Positions 14,132 through 28,700 of a stretch of DNA of 64,000 bases are shown here, one piece after another; positions within the stretch are counted from its first letter, which is position 1; the number at the start of each line of letters is the position of its first letter. The notes under the pieces were generated by a model that had not been told where the DNA came from, ran no database searches, and saw only the letters and a list, made by a program, of their open reading frames with translations. The position numbers and the translations under genes are program-made. This DNA is from Haliotis rufescens (lineage: Eukaryota). The stretch is from the NCBI RefSeq assembly GCF_023055435.1, contig NW_025963857.1, positions 31,682,001 to 31,746,000 of the forward strand. The letters run 5' to 3'.

Positions 14132-16588
14132 AGTATGTTTTGAAATAATCATTAACATCAATTCTTTTAATGAAAAAATATGTTAGTGCCACTCAACAGT
14201 GAAATACAGTTGTGCGTGGTGAGTGACTGGACCTTGTATAAGGTCTGACTAGAGTCTAAGGAATAAATACCACCTTCAATCGAGAACCTGCCCTGTGTGA
14301 GATACAGCTTTTAGGCCAAAAATACCATGAAATACACATGAAATTGGAATGATGATTTAGGTACAACAAAATCAAAAAACCAAAATAGTCGGGGGTTGTT
14401 GGGCACCAAGAGATTGAAAATGGTGTTCATACATTCCGTTTTGTTTCTAAATAAGAAAGAAAATAAAAACTACTAGATCCATCAGTACTGCATACATATA
14501 TGTAAACAATAAACAAAGCAAAGCAGCTGAAGCAAAAAAGCAATTGAAAAAAAATGCAAGTGGACAAAGTATCACACACTAGCTTCAAGTGGTTCAACAT
14601 GTGCAGCTAGAACTGAAACCTACATTTTGTACATAGTTGTACATGGGGACAGAAAACTACAAATCTTTCGTTAGTCATAATAAGTTTAGAAGGATCTGAT
14701 ACCTGTATATTTTTCTTAGACAAAGTATTGGCATGGCTAAATGACTATTATCCTGTATCCTTATTAAAAAAAAAATGTGAAAGGTTGGTTAATAAGATTA
14801 ACAATGCTTCCCTGTAGAATTGCCTCCAAGGATATGTATACCTACCAAGAAATAATGTCTCAGATCATTATCAGTGTTCTAAATTGAGGATTAAAGTCAA
14901 AGGGTCCTTGTCATAACACTAGGGTTGAATGTTGGCGATCGAAGGGGAGATTCAGATTCAGGTACTATAGAAGCCAACCTTAAGGACCTCCTTAATTCTG
15001 GACACTGATTATTACTTACTTCACTTCCTGCTGGAAATTTGTAGAAACCAGCCAAGCACTTGGTACATGAATATCAGGAGTAAGATGGGAGAGGTAGTGT
15101 CCTGTGCTTACTAGGTTAGGTTTCACAATCATAAACTAGAGCTACTGTAGAAAGCATACCAGCAAATTTATAAATTACCCCTAATGCTTGTTTTGTCTAC
15201 ACAGAATTCCAAATTTCCAGTATATTTGATTACTTTGATCATTATCTTACAATTTCAGCTGTGATATACACCCCTCTTATCTTTGACCCAAATAATTTTA
15301 AACATTACACATTCAACCCAACCATGTAAATGAAAAAATAAAAAATGAAAAACACAAAGAATATTCAAACAAAAGTAAAATATGGCACAAATATAACCAA
15401 TTAACGAAATGTAAAAAAATCCCCAAAACAAACAAAAGCACTGTTTTTCAGAATTATTTACCTTCAAAATTGTTGAATAAATCCACCATACATTTGTAAT
15501 TTAAGGCAGAACAATTATTAAAAGCAATAATTATACTCCACTTACAAAAATAAAATGAACATTGAATACATTCAACAAACATTCAACACCAAAACTCCTG
15601 TAATCTGTGAGCAGTATTGTACAGTATCTCAGACCTAAATCTTTAATATAATGCTGTTTACATAAGAAGTTCATAAATAAAGTCATCTGATCTTTTGATC
15701 TCTATGCACCCATAACTACAATTATGAGTTGCCAAATACCTGATTATAAATCTTTGTGATATAAATTCACCATTCCATGACAAAAAATGTCTCCTTTCAA
15801 TTTCATGTTGACCACTACCACTGATAAAAGATATTGCAGCCGAGACAATCAGTGCCCTGACTAGCATAAGACCCCTGCTAGAGTCTCGTGTTTGATATTG
15901 TGACGCTATCGCTGTGTATAAACAAAACGTTACAAAGAGACCACATCCATCTCTGCCCTTCTGCCTGTAGCCATTCCAGAGGAAGGAATGTTGTATCAGG
16001 TCTGGTGTAAGGCCAGACCGTCATATAGCCAGGACGGCCCCCATCAGGGTCACTCACTTTCCTCTGGAATAGACCCACAGCCACCTACAATTGTGACCAT
16101 CGCTACCACCCTTCTCAGCTATCATGCTGTTAATGTCCCTTGCATTGTGTCCAGATCTTACGGAATGACTGGTAACTCATGATTTTTAAAGTTTCAGCTC
16201 TACAAACATGTCGTCTTCTTGACGATGGCTGTGAAAATCATGAGTTTCCAAATGGCTTTTAAGATTGATGAAACTAATTCATTTCTGCGATTTAACATCT
16301 GGGCTCAAACCATTTTGTTGCTCATGATTCCCGTGTATGATCTGGTCCACAATGTATATCCTGTTCAAGGCAACAGGTGATAGGCAGAGAGAGGTGTGTG
16401 GACAAATTGCAAACAAAATATCATCAAGTGAAGCATGCAGATCTTGGGTCAAACTTAAAAAGGTGTATTGCTGATTAGATAAAAACATGTATAAGCAGAT
16501 TTGTTGATTCCGCTGGAGTATGGAGTTAGTAGAATCACTCCAACAGTCGATAGACTCACGAACACATGGAGGGGGAAGGGTATACCCA

Positions 16589-16716
16589 TCAATCAAACTT
16601 TGCCTTAGGTGGCGTCCCATTGTTCTCCACATGTCCGTTGCCTTGTACCAGCTCATGATATGTCTTGAACAATTTTGCATACTCAGGTTTTTCTTCTGCA
16701 TAGGCTTTGAATTCAT
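16589..16716 (-). CDS. LPCAT2: LPCAT last coding exon (DEFKAYAEEKPEYAKLFKTY...PPKAKFD*)
   Basis: ttgcag| acceptor, PEYAKLF motif, TGA at 16591-16589, KxKxx ER-retrieval-like end. Confidence 0.92.
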
Positions 16717-19700
16717 CTGCAAGTAATGTAACCATCATAGCAAATTAATACAGTTACATCTCACTGCCCGATCATGTCTTTCGTCACTGTCTGAAACGTA
16801 CAGGTTTTGTATAAACTATAATCACTCGTGACTATATAAGACAGCTTTGTGTGTAATAATGATGTTTGTCTCTTTTAGTCAACTAATGAAATGGGTCTGT
16901 TTACAAGTAACAGATGTCAAATCAACCCTACACTATGCATTTTTGTTTGTTAACCCCACACTCAGCAATATTCCAGCTATATGACAGCGGTCTGTAAATA
17001 ATCGAGTCTGGACCAGACAATCCACTGATTAATATAATGAGTATTGATCCACGCAATTGGGATCGATGACATGCATCAACCAAGTGATCCCGTTAGTCGC
17101 CTCCTACGACAAGCATAGTCGCCTTTTACGGCAAGCATGGGTTGCTGAAGACCTATTCTACCCCGGATCTTCACTGGTCTACATCATGCATGATCATTGT
17201 GTGAGCCCTACACTTGTCTGATACTAAAATAATGACCATTGATACGTAATAAACAACATAGCTATTGCACTGCAAATCGAACATGTGTTTACGGTTGATG
17301 GATACTGTGTATACAAACCTGTAACCTGGGAATATTTGACTAACAAAATGCAATAAGGTGTGTGGCTGATTTACAAATCTATTAAGTCACCTCCCATGAA
17401 AACATAAGTTGCTGGGACATGTGCAGTACATTGTCGTGGTGAAAAGTACAGTAACTAATGTTTATCATTTCATGCATTTACATAAGAAATTTGACATAAA
17501 AGATGTGAATACATATGGATTTTTATTAACAGAAAGATGTGTTAAAATAAGAGTCACTGGATCTTTAGTTCCTATGACCATGACTGAATTTTAAAATGGT
17601 GTTGGGAAAAATGGGTTTTTCAGATTAAAAACGATGTTTCATTGGTCTGTTTTCAGTCGTACAAATGGGTATCTCTCATACCCTCACGTGTAGTCGCACG
17701 TTTAAAGGAAGCCAGAAGCTGGAATGTAAACATAAAACTTGTTTCCGTCCGGTTGCGCACGCACCTCCGTATGTCATGTCACAAATCTCGAAGAATAAGC
17801 CATCAAGCAGGACTGGACTGGATTACTCCCAGTGGGGATGGCTGGGTGGGAACGTACGACTGAAAACAGACCAATAAAACATCGTTTTTAATCTGAAAAA
17901 CTCATGTTTTAGTCTGTTTGGGTAGAATTCAACTGACCACTGGAAGGAGGGTCGGGAAAGTAATCAGGAAGTGACCTCTTTCACGTCGAATGTACCAAGT
18001 TCCTCACCCCTGTAGTGACAATAGAACATTCGACCAGATGCACGGACGTGACAAGTTGTTTATCACGAACGCACAGCATGGTTAATGCTCTTCGACACAC
18101 AACTAATTATCGATGCGACTGGACAACTGCACGCGTCAGTTGAACTGTGATCAAAGTGTGGTCGACGTATAGTTTAGTTACAGAGCAACTCACAGTATAC
18201 AAGGTAACTAAAACAGCATGGTTAATGCTCTTCAACACACAACTAATTATCAATGCGACAGGACACTGCACACGTCAGTTGAACTGCGATCGAAGAGTGG
18301 TCGGCGCATAATTTAATTACAGAGCAACTCGCAGTATACAAGGTAACTAAAAAATACGAGCAGTACTATAAAGTATGGGAAGACGATGCATACACCGAAT
18401 AACCATAATAAAAAAGCCGAAGTACTGCACGCCACAAAAACCATAAGAATGTGTACATTCACCAACAGTTTTTATTGTAACCTGTTATCTGGCACGAAGT
18501 GTCGAGCAAAAGTCCAAAGTGAAAAAAGCACAAATTCACTGTCTTTTCTGTGAGATCTGTTGTGCCACCACGAGTGGACCAAACTGTTTGAGTCCTTCAA
18601 CATCTTCTGTTGAGATATCTCTGAGTTAATGCGAAGCAAACACTGAAGTAGATCTCCACAAGCAGCCCTCCATAATAGCTTGCAGCGAACAATTACTGTG
18701 GAGTGCTAATGTTGAAGCTATGGCTCGAATTTCGTGCGGATGAGAGGAGGTGGGAGGTGCGAGTCCTTGCGCCTCGTAAGCTCTGAGAATGACCGCTCTC
18801 AACCAAAAGGAGAGAGTATTACGTGTAATTTCTTTCTTTGCATTGGTTGAGAGCGGTATGAACAGCCGTCGAAAATGTTGTCGTCGCTGTTCAGATCACT
18901 GCAGGTAAATACGAAGCGTACGAACTGGGCACAGGGTGAGATCAGCGTGATCATGAGGGCCCATAATGGCAGACAAGGAAGGAATGTGGAACATTCTCGA
19001 ATCTTGGCCAGGAAGTTGATTTTTCGCTAAAAAATCCCATCTGAGACCAAGATGGACGTTGCCATGGTTACGCTGATCGAACGTAATCTGACCGACGTCA
19101 ATGGCATGTATTTCCGTATTTCAGTGGACGAAGTTGAAGACGATGTCGGCGAGTCAGATCTTGGGCCGATGTCAACAGACCGAGGTCTTCCTGCCACATG
19201 TTGCACCGACGCCGGGGCATGTAGAAGTCTCGGAACGCTGCTGACAATCTTGTCCCAAGGAACCTTGACCAGACTGACCCCAGCCTGGAAGCGTATCTGT
19301 ACTGTAGATCCCGAGTTGGTACCAAGTCCGACTTTTGAAGGTTGACGATGCACCCGAGGTACCGTAGCAGACTCCTTGAAGGACGAAGCCTGTCGTCTAG
19401 GTAGAAGGCCACCCTGATTGCCTGCCGATGGAGACATTCTACGACCGTCTTCATGATCCGTGTGAAAATGCACGGGGCCGTAAAAATTCCAAACGAGAGG
19501 GCCGCCCACTGGTTATGAATACCTTGGTATACAAATCGGAGGTACTTTTGGAACTCGGAAGCTATTGGTACATGGAGATACGCGTCCTGAAGGTCTATTG
19601 AGACGAGGAAGTCATTCGGTAATATCATCTGACGCAGAGAGCTGAGGGATATCATGGTGAATGTGTCAAGTTGTTGGAGGTATGTTGCGTTGAACTTTTT

Positions 19701-22700
19701 GAGATTGAAAATAAGCCGCATCTTTGTGGAGTTTTTCTTGGGTACTAGAAAAATGGGCGAGTAGTACCCCGGCAATGATGCCGATGTCCCTAGGCGAAGT
19801 ACTGCCGCCTTTACCACCAACGAATCAATGGCCTCCGTCAGCCGATCCGTTGGTGGAGAGTGGAATGTCAGGGATGACGTCAGTGGTGGCGTCGATCTCA
19901 GGCGTTGGGCGTAGCCTGTTGTCAAAATGTTCTGAACGTAAGGGTTGTTGAGGAAAGCCCACCTGTGGGCATAGTGATGAAGTCTCCCCCCTACCGATAG
20001 CTCGTCTAAAGGTAGTGTCACAGGGGGAGACTGCAACGACGGTGACGGCAGGGGAAGGGTCTTCACTTCTTCCCCCGCTGGCTCTTTCTCCCTCTTGGAT
20101 ACTTGGAAAAGGAGACCTGGCGACCTTTCCTGTCCGAATCAGTCTTGAGGGACGAGCCGTCGAGGCATGTCCCTACGTCAACGTGGGGCGTTCGAAACCG
20201 CTGGCTGTCTGGACAGGTTGTGTGAAGCCGAAATGATGATGTCACGCAAGGATGTCCGAGAGGCTGTTGTCACAATCTATCGCCCACGTCGTTTGTGTAA
20301 GCGTAGATGAAGGAGATGTTGTTCTGGTTGACGGTCCATGGACCCCCGACGTAGTCGAATCCTTCTTCGTCGACGCCGTCGAGGTGAGTACCGCCACCAT
20401 CATCTGGGCTATCAAGGCCACGTCGATATGAAAGTGAGACGAGGGTGTCGTTCTGTCATTATCTCTACGACGCTGATCTCCCAGAAACTCCCTGTGAGAA
20501 CGTCGCATGTCCTCGTGGGGACGAGGGCTACAATCTCTAACTGTAGAAGTACTACGATCCCCATCGTAGTTATCTTCCGAATCGTACTCCCGACGACCAC
20601 GAAGGCGATGAACGTCCTCGTGTCGTTTACTGTCTCTCTACAAGGCACTCAACCTGTTGTCCTGTCTGAGTTCACTGTCATCCCGCACGACGTCCCTATC
20701 GTCGTTGCTAGAACGAGATACGGACCGACTGGGGACCATAGTCCCCTCATGGGCCTCGTCACCACCCGGTCCCGTCGTAACTGGGGAGGCTGAGTGACGC
20801 TCTCGATTAACCGATAGACGAAGATCAGTCGTGCTGAACACAAACAATGGATTACCAAGGATTACATTCCAGGAGTCTACAGGTAAGACATATTTATTAT
20901 TATCATTACTTTATTAGAACAACAACTGTAGACAAGCGATAAGTACTAGTAGAATACAAACTAGCAGTCTACCGCGAAAGACTTTCTCGAGCTACCAGCT
21001 CAGAGGCGCGCTGAGAGATTTGTGACATGTCATAAGGAGGTGCGTGCGCAACTGGATGGAAACAAGTTTAATGTTTACATTCCAGCTTCTGGCTTCCTTT
21101 AAACGTGCGACTAGACGTGAGGGTATGAGAGATACCCATTTGTACGACTGAAAACAGACTAAAACAGATATTTTATTTAGAAACCTGCATGAAGGACAGG
21201 GGCCAAATATTATCAAACTATCTGATCAAAAGCTGATATTTGCAATGAAACAAAACATTTCTTTGTGTAGAAAATATTACATATACACAGACAGCTATGT
21301 TACTGCACACTAGATACAAACCAAATGTCATCATACTATCTACATATAAGGAGGACCAATGACTAAAAATAGATCTCAATACAGTTGTCATGGAAACCAA
21401 ACCATTTTGAAATAATCAAAGCCAAGCATTATGTTAATTACTTTTTTGGTTTCAGAGAATAAGTTCTTTAGAAATATCATTATTAATTACGAATTTTCCA
21501 TTTCCATTTCCCAAGCCTTCAAAGAAATAAAAAATGTTATGCCTTTAATATTTGAACAGAGCTTTAACTACCTATTTATAAAAAAATTCAGTTTTCTAGG
21601 GTCATGTGATTTCTGAGAAAACGTTCGTTAAACATTTATTTAAAATATCATCTTTGTGCACAAAACCTAAAGCCATTCTGTAAACAAAATCTCAAATGTG
21701 AAACAATTATAGACGACAGGTCACAGCATTATTAATCACAGAATCTATAAGTAAGATGGGCTAAACATAATCCTCTGAACAGACTATTACCTACCAAATG
21801 AAATCTTGTCATCATTGTCACAGTCCACTTTGTCAAACAGCACCTGCACATCCTGTGTGTTCATCTTAAAGGCATTACACAGGATCTGCGTGAACCCCTC
21901 TCTGCTGATGTGGCCCTGATTTTCTGTGTCAAATAACTGAAAGTACACAAGAATTGCCTCCCTTTAACTGAAAGTACACAAGAGTTGCCTCCCTTTTACT
22001 ATTAATTTCCTTATTATCTGGACTAAAGTAATACCTCATGTAATTGCATAATCTAAAAGAACAATCAAATGCAAGATAAAATAAGGACAAAAGTAAATAC
22101 ACAAAACATTGGATTTGGATTAAATGTGGGTGCTGCGGCAATTACTATTTTTGATTGATTTTTTGACACAATTGATGGGATCATCATTATGATCACTTCA
22201 AACACCAGTCTCTGTCAAATACTTTTGAGTCTACAAGCCAAAACTTTTATTTGGGCATAAATAGATCAATAGATAAATTTTCAGTAGAGTTTAGTTTTAA
22301 CATATATGCTAAAATAAGCTGATCTTATTAGGCCAGAAATTATTTACGAGTCTCGGGCTTTGGCATGGTGACTAAGTTGACAGACTGAAGTTTAGCATTA
22401 AGATTTATTCTTGCATGAAAAACAAAACAAAACAAACAGATAACCATTATTTACCTGGAATGCAAACTGTACTGTGTCATTTGAGTTTGCCGGTCCAGAC
22501 ACCAATGATAAACCTATCACATACTCCCTGAAATCTATTGTGCCAGAATTATCCTGTAGAAAGAAAAAACCCACTTAGTATCATATAGTTTACCACAGGC
22601 AATATATGCAAGTTATGCACATACAACACAATACCTGTTGAACCATGGACAGTAAAACAAATTGTGTTGCTATTCATTTGCACCAGAAGCAGGCATATTG

Positions 22701-25700
22701 CTGAAATAATGCTGAGTGTGGCACTAACAATGCTAACAACTAACATGAGTGAGTGAATATGGTTTTACGCTGCTTTTGGCAATATTCCAGCAATATCACG
22801 GCTGGGGACACGAGAAAAGGACTCAACATACATTGTACCCATGTGGGGCATTGAACCTGGGTCTTTGGCGTGATGAGTGAATGTCTTAATCACTGGGCTA
22901 CCCCACCGCTCCAACATTCCATTCACAAGTCGTTTCTCTTGTGCTTATGTTAGCTTGATCACTGTCTGGAAAATCAGTGGCTGATGGCATGAGCAACATT
23001 CCATGCTGTCAGGTTCGATGACAACCAAACAAGGATACCCATGGTAACCACTGATCCCAATATTAATCATCTCTTATAACACCCATGAGGTGTTGGGGAC
23101 CTAATCTTAACCATAATACCTACAGTGTAACCAAAGCAGTAAGATTTTGTAAAGCAGAGCTTTTGTTGAAAATCCCTGGACACCCATCCCAATATTAATC
23201 AGCTCTTGCAGCAACCATGAGGTACTACTGGGGATCTATTCTTCCCCATAACCCCTACAGTGTCATTGTATAGCAGAACCCTTGTTGAAACACTAGCCAC
23301 AAGAAATAACCTGTGCATAATACGACCAACCCCCTTTCATACCCCCTCCTCGTGGCATAAAAAAACTCACATAATAGATGGCGATATTCAGTTTATATTC
23401 TTACCCGGTCATACAAAGCAAATACTTCCTCTAAAGCTTGGGACTTGGGCAGGTGTAAATAGCTGGCAAATTCCTCCAAGTTGATCTGACCGGATTTTGC
23501 TATTTTGCAAAACTTCTCTAAATATCCCTGCATCTGCTTAGAATTAACTCTGCAAAAGATAACATCCATTCATGAGAAGACAAAGGATATCACAACTTTT
23601 CTGAATGCAAGGGCATAAACATATGAGAATTCAAACAGAGCTAAAACCCATTTATACGTTTAAACAGAAAATCTCTAATCTGCATGACAATCAACAACAT
23701 GGTCAAACAGTGTTCTCAAACAAATGTTATAGCAGTCAATATGTTTTGACTTCCTACATATAAACCTGTTTTTTAATGAAAAACCTCTCCATTATTGCAA
23801 TTGAAATGCCACATTAGCAACACAATAACAGCCAGATAAGCTAACAAATAATACCCATTGCTTCAAAAGGAAATGAGTCAATATAGTCTGAAATGAATAT
23901 GTTTACTGAAAAGAAATTTTGAGGAAGGTACAAACCCTAGTTTCTGATGAAGTTTCTGAAATTCTACTAATCCAGCCTCCATAGGCAATTTCAGTCTAGC
24001 TGCTCTAACCATCAAACGACAATCGTCATATGTGTGGTCTGTTACAGGACAATTGAGATGTCTGAAAACAGAAAAATTTGAAAATTAAAACAAAAATGAA
24101 ACATATATTTTTTTTAATTAAAATAACAAAACCCACATTCATTACAATGAATTCCTATTTTGGGGGGATGAATATGACTACACATGTACATGCATATGTA
24201 AAACCTCCTCTATTGTTTATTAATATTATCCCTGTCAACCCTTGAAATAATGAATAACACATGAAGATATTATCACAGGAACAGAGGATGCAATTGTCTG
24301 TGCCTTTATTTTATCTTGTAGCTACTATTAGCAGAGCAGAACAACTGACAAAAGGATACAGAGAAAAAATGGGCTTATTCCTCGAAAACAGACCTCTTCT
24401 TCTCACACCTGCTACCCCAAAGTAAATATACCATAAAATACATATACAATACAGAATACAAGGAACCCAAGGCTTCTAGTGAACCTCACGTCTCAAAAGA
24501 AACTGGAACTAATATCACGTGGATAGCTCAGTAATCGTACAAGTTTTAGATGGCAAGAAAATACGGCTGAAAATATATCTTTACACACACAACGTAATGG
24601 AGATTTTTCAGATTTCAACTGAAGATACTTACTTGGCCATGACAGCTCGAACATTGTGGGCAAAGAGGCGGGCATCATTCTTTTCTTCTTCACTGGGATT
24701 ATATACAGGGAGGAACTGAAACAAATGCAGCAATATTCGGGGCTTAACCTCGAGTTCAACATTGTCACTTTTTAGTGATGTGCATGCATGTGTGGCTGGT
24801 TATACTTGTCAGGATTTGTGCCAGTTTTATAGTGCTAGCCAACTGATATACCACACTGTAGCTTAACATGGATACTGATGCCTTTTATGTCGAGTGCCAG
24901 GCAGGGTAACAACAAATACCACCTTTAACATCTTTTGGTTAAGCTAGGGATTGAACAACCAACCCTCTGCTCTCCAGGTAAACGCTATATCCACTACACC
25001 ACTGAGGCGATTTATACCACATCATTCAGTCCATTGCTCACAAAACATATTTTTAGTTATTTTTTTAGTAGTTGAGAGTGAATGAGTGTATTGGAATAAC
25101 ATTCCAGCATTATCACTGACAGCATGAGCACCAACCAACGTCTGACATCATGGTACAACATACATGCTCAGGCAGATCAAACATTGCACAGACTTTCAGA
25201 TGACTCAACAAGCATGGAGTACTTTCTGGACCCCAAATGGGAGGGACTGGCTTAGTACAAGTTTAGATGAAAGACTTTTATTGATAATCATATAATAGAT
25301 GAAAGTGACAAAATCTAACAATTCCTGAAAATGGAGCCAGAGATGTTTAGTGTATTCTTTCACTTTGTTGACAATGTGCATTAAGAAAATACAAATTTGT
25401 ACAGGAGGCAAAGTATCCCGGTAAGCCAAAGTATTAGCCAATGTCAATAGGCATAGTATTCTTAATGACTGAGCTCCTGTTTAATCTAAAGTGTGTACAC
25501 AGTGTGTGCATGGGTGCGCGTGTGTTCCAGAAATGCCTGGAATTTCATTAAATCTAAATAAATGAATTAGAAAATCATTTTGCCTGACAGTTCTCTTAAT
25601 ATAATTGGCCAACTTGACATATTTTTCACAAATTCTAATTTAGTTTAGGCATAAACATATCTTGAATGAACAATGATGTTATTACCAATATCATGCATCA

Positions 25701-28700
25701 TCTTACATACTAACCTCTATTTCTACCTGGTTGTTAAACTGACAGAAGGTATACCATAGACAAGCAAATCTGAAACAATCAAGAGCAAGAGAACATGATA
25801 TCAAACATCAACATTTCAACAAATATCACTACAACCAGTTCAATAGTGAGTGAGTGATTTGGGTTAACTTTTCTTTGAACAGTATATCGCTGATATGTCT
25901 GATAAATATGGGATGAAAGCCCAAAGTAATTTGAGCTCTTTACCTTTTCAGAGCAACCCACAAGCACCAGTATGGTGCTGACAAAACAAGAAACAAAACC
26001 AGCACAAATTTGGTCTGAATGCATGTTCAAAGATTTCTGGCAGACCAAAGGGAAGCAACTCAAATGTGACCTGGCCATTGACACTCCCTTTTGGGGTAGG
26101 GTGTTTCAGTTTTTCATGCTTACAAACAGTTAGGTGGAGCTGACAAGTTCACACTGATGTCACAGTAACTAAAAATAAAAAAAATACATTATTTCCGGAA
26201 CTCCAACAAATTTGAGTACTCACGCTTTTGGACCATCCCATGTCCATGTAAATGTATCCTGGAGAAAAAGAGAAATATTTCAATAACAAGGTATAATAAG
26301 ATTTGTTTCAAGAAAAAAATGATCATTACATCAATTTGACATTATATAAAAATAACCATGACCTGACAATTGTACACCAATTATTAACTCATTGGCAGTC
26401 TAATTCACAGCTGTTAGTTCACACAAAATATCTGTTCAATAGCAGGTGTCACTAAACACACAGTTGAGTGACCTGCTTACTACCCCAGGAGGTAGATCGG
26501 GTCACTGGCTGTGGTGACGTTGGGGCTCTGTCCCATCACCTAACACAAACAATCTAAACAAATAGCAGTATTTGATGAGAGGGTCATAAACCAACACACT
26601 TACCAGTTTGTTGAAGTAGCGTAAACATACAGGCTGAACTGGGACCCCAGGGTAAAATGCACCTAAAATACATTAAAAAAATGTTTGAAACAAAAAATTA
26701 ATAGTTCATTCTAAAGAGGTTGAAAATAATATTTTTTGTACTAATTCCTATTACATGAGATAGATATGGTTAGAAATGTCAAGCATTTTACAAGTACAGA
26801 TTAGTTCAAGGACTGTTTAACATGTTTAAGGGCTTTCTTCTCTGAACCAATCAAAAATTGTTGAATGGTCAAGCACGAGAATAAAATTAGCTGATTTTAA
26901 TAAAGACTTTTATTTTTATTATTTGCTTCATGAATGTTAGGCCTATAATATTTAATGTTGGTCCCCCAAAAAATATTATATAAAAACAACCAAGTCAAAG
27001 AACCACTGTATCCATTTAGTCACCTCCTACAAAAAGGATAGGTTGCTGGGGACAAATTCTAACCCAGAATCCACAAGGGATGACTGTAATGTGACAAGCA
27101 ATTGACGTCACATCCAATGTCATGATATCTGCACAAGCTACCCTGCCTGTACAAGCCAGTAAATGAGGTTTACTAAGATTATAATCAACCGCTTATATGG
27201 CCAGATTTAACAATCATAAGCCTTATGAATTTTCACAAGCATCAGTGAAACAGGACAGGATTGGCACACAGACATTTACCTGGTGTTGGTGGATATAGCC
27301 TAAGATTCAGGGTAAACATCCAAATTGTGACAATATTGCCCTGTTACTACATATCTAAATTCCTATGAGCAAACATACAAGTTCTAAGATGATCTACTTA
27401 CATTGCAAGTTCTTAAAACGTAATCTAAGCTTAGCCTGTCATACAAAACCCACAACTACACTGCTTGAGGATGTGCCTTATGTGACATTACATGGCCATA
27501 TATATAGAGACAAAAGAAAGTCAAGATTTTAAATTTATTTTAATTACATGGTACATAGTACCCCCCAATTTATTTATTCATTTCAGTTGGGTGCTACATT
27601 TCCACAGGTGTGTTCAGGCACAACTGTTTTCACATACATGGTCAGGATAAGTGTGGGACTGTGAGATACAGTCGGACAACATGCATATAACATATTGTAC
27701 AGAAAAAATATTCATATTTCTTGACATATGGACAAGGTATTATACTGCTTGAGGATGTGCCTAATGTCACGTTACACGGCCACATAATGAAGTAGGGTGA
27801 CTATTGGTCTGGAAATCACTATTGCGATAACTATTCATATTGAAAGAAACTATTGTGATAACTATTGATATTGCAAGCAACTATTGCGATAAATATCGAT
27901 AGTTTTCAGTGTATCATTTTCGATTGATTTTAGAGTTGAATTAAACCTTGGAACTGAATTTTCCTTTGACTGTGATAACCATATGACTTCCAAACACTCG
28001 ATTTTCCACCCAAGTTTGTCACAAACTCCACGTGACTGTCACCGTCCGGCATTTTACTTTAAGAAAGACCGGTTGATATGGTAAATACAATCGAAACTAT
28101 AGATATTCCCAACTGAAATCGATACTATTGATCGGAAACTGATTTAACAATCAATTTATTGACTTTAAGTGCTTACCAATAGCAATATATCAGATTTCGA
28201 TTTATTATGACACCCCTATAATTAAGACAAAAGAAAGACACAACTTGAGCTTCCCAGTTTGCCACTCATTCAAACATACATAGGGCCCCAGGGCAAATCA
28301 AATCCTGGTCCCTTTAAAATGTCCAGAAGAATGACAGCCTGCCAGTATTCTGCCCAGTTGGTAGTTGATACTTGCAACATGTGCATAACATGTATAGGTT
28401 CTACATAATTTTTAATGCATGAATTTTCTGTTGATCAATTTGTGGAATGTGAAGATTGTCTTTATCATGTTTTATTATCCACTTTCAGACTCCGACTTGG
28501 GCACCAGTCCAAAGCCCAAGTCTAGTAACATTCAGTCTAGTAAGCTTAACTAATAATATAAGTTGTAGCGGTATCACAAGGATACAGGTTTTATACCATG
28601 AGCCAGAGGTAAGCAGATTTTGGAGGAATGTCAGCTAGTGCCACATTTGGTATAATGGTTGGGACAATAAAACGGGGTACGCATAAAACCACATGTACCC

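Noticed and set aside
15841-15888. Small hairpin in the putative 3' UTR
   Set aside because: Short stems with no recognisable RNA family motif
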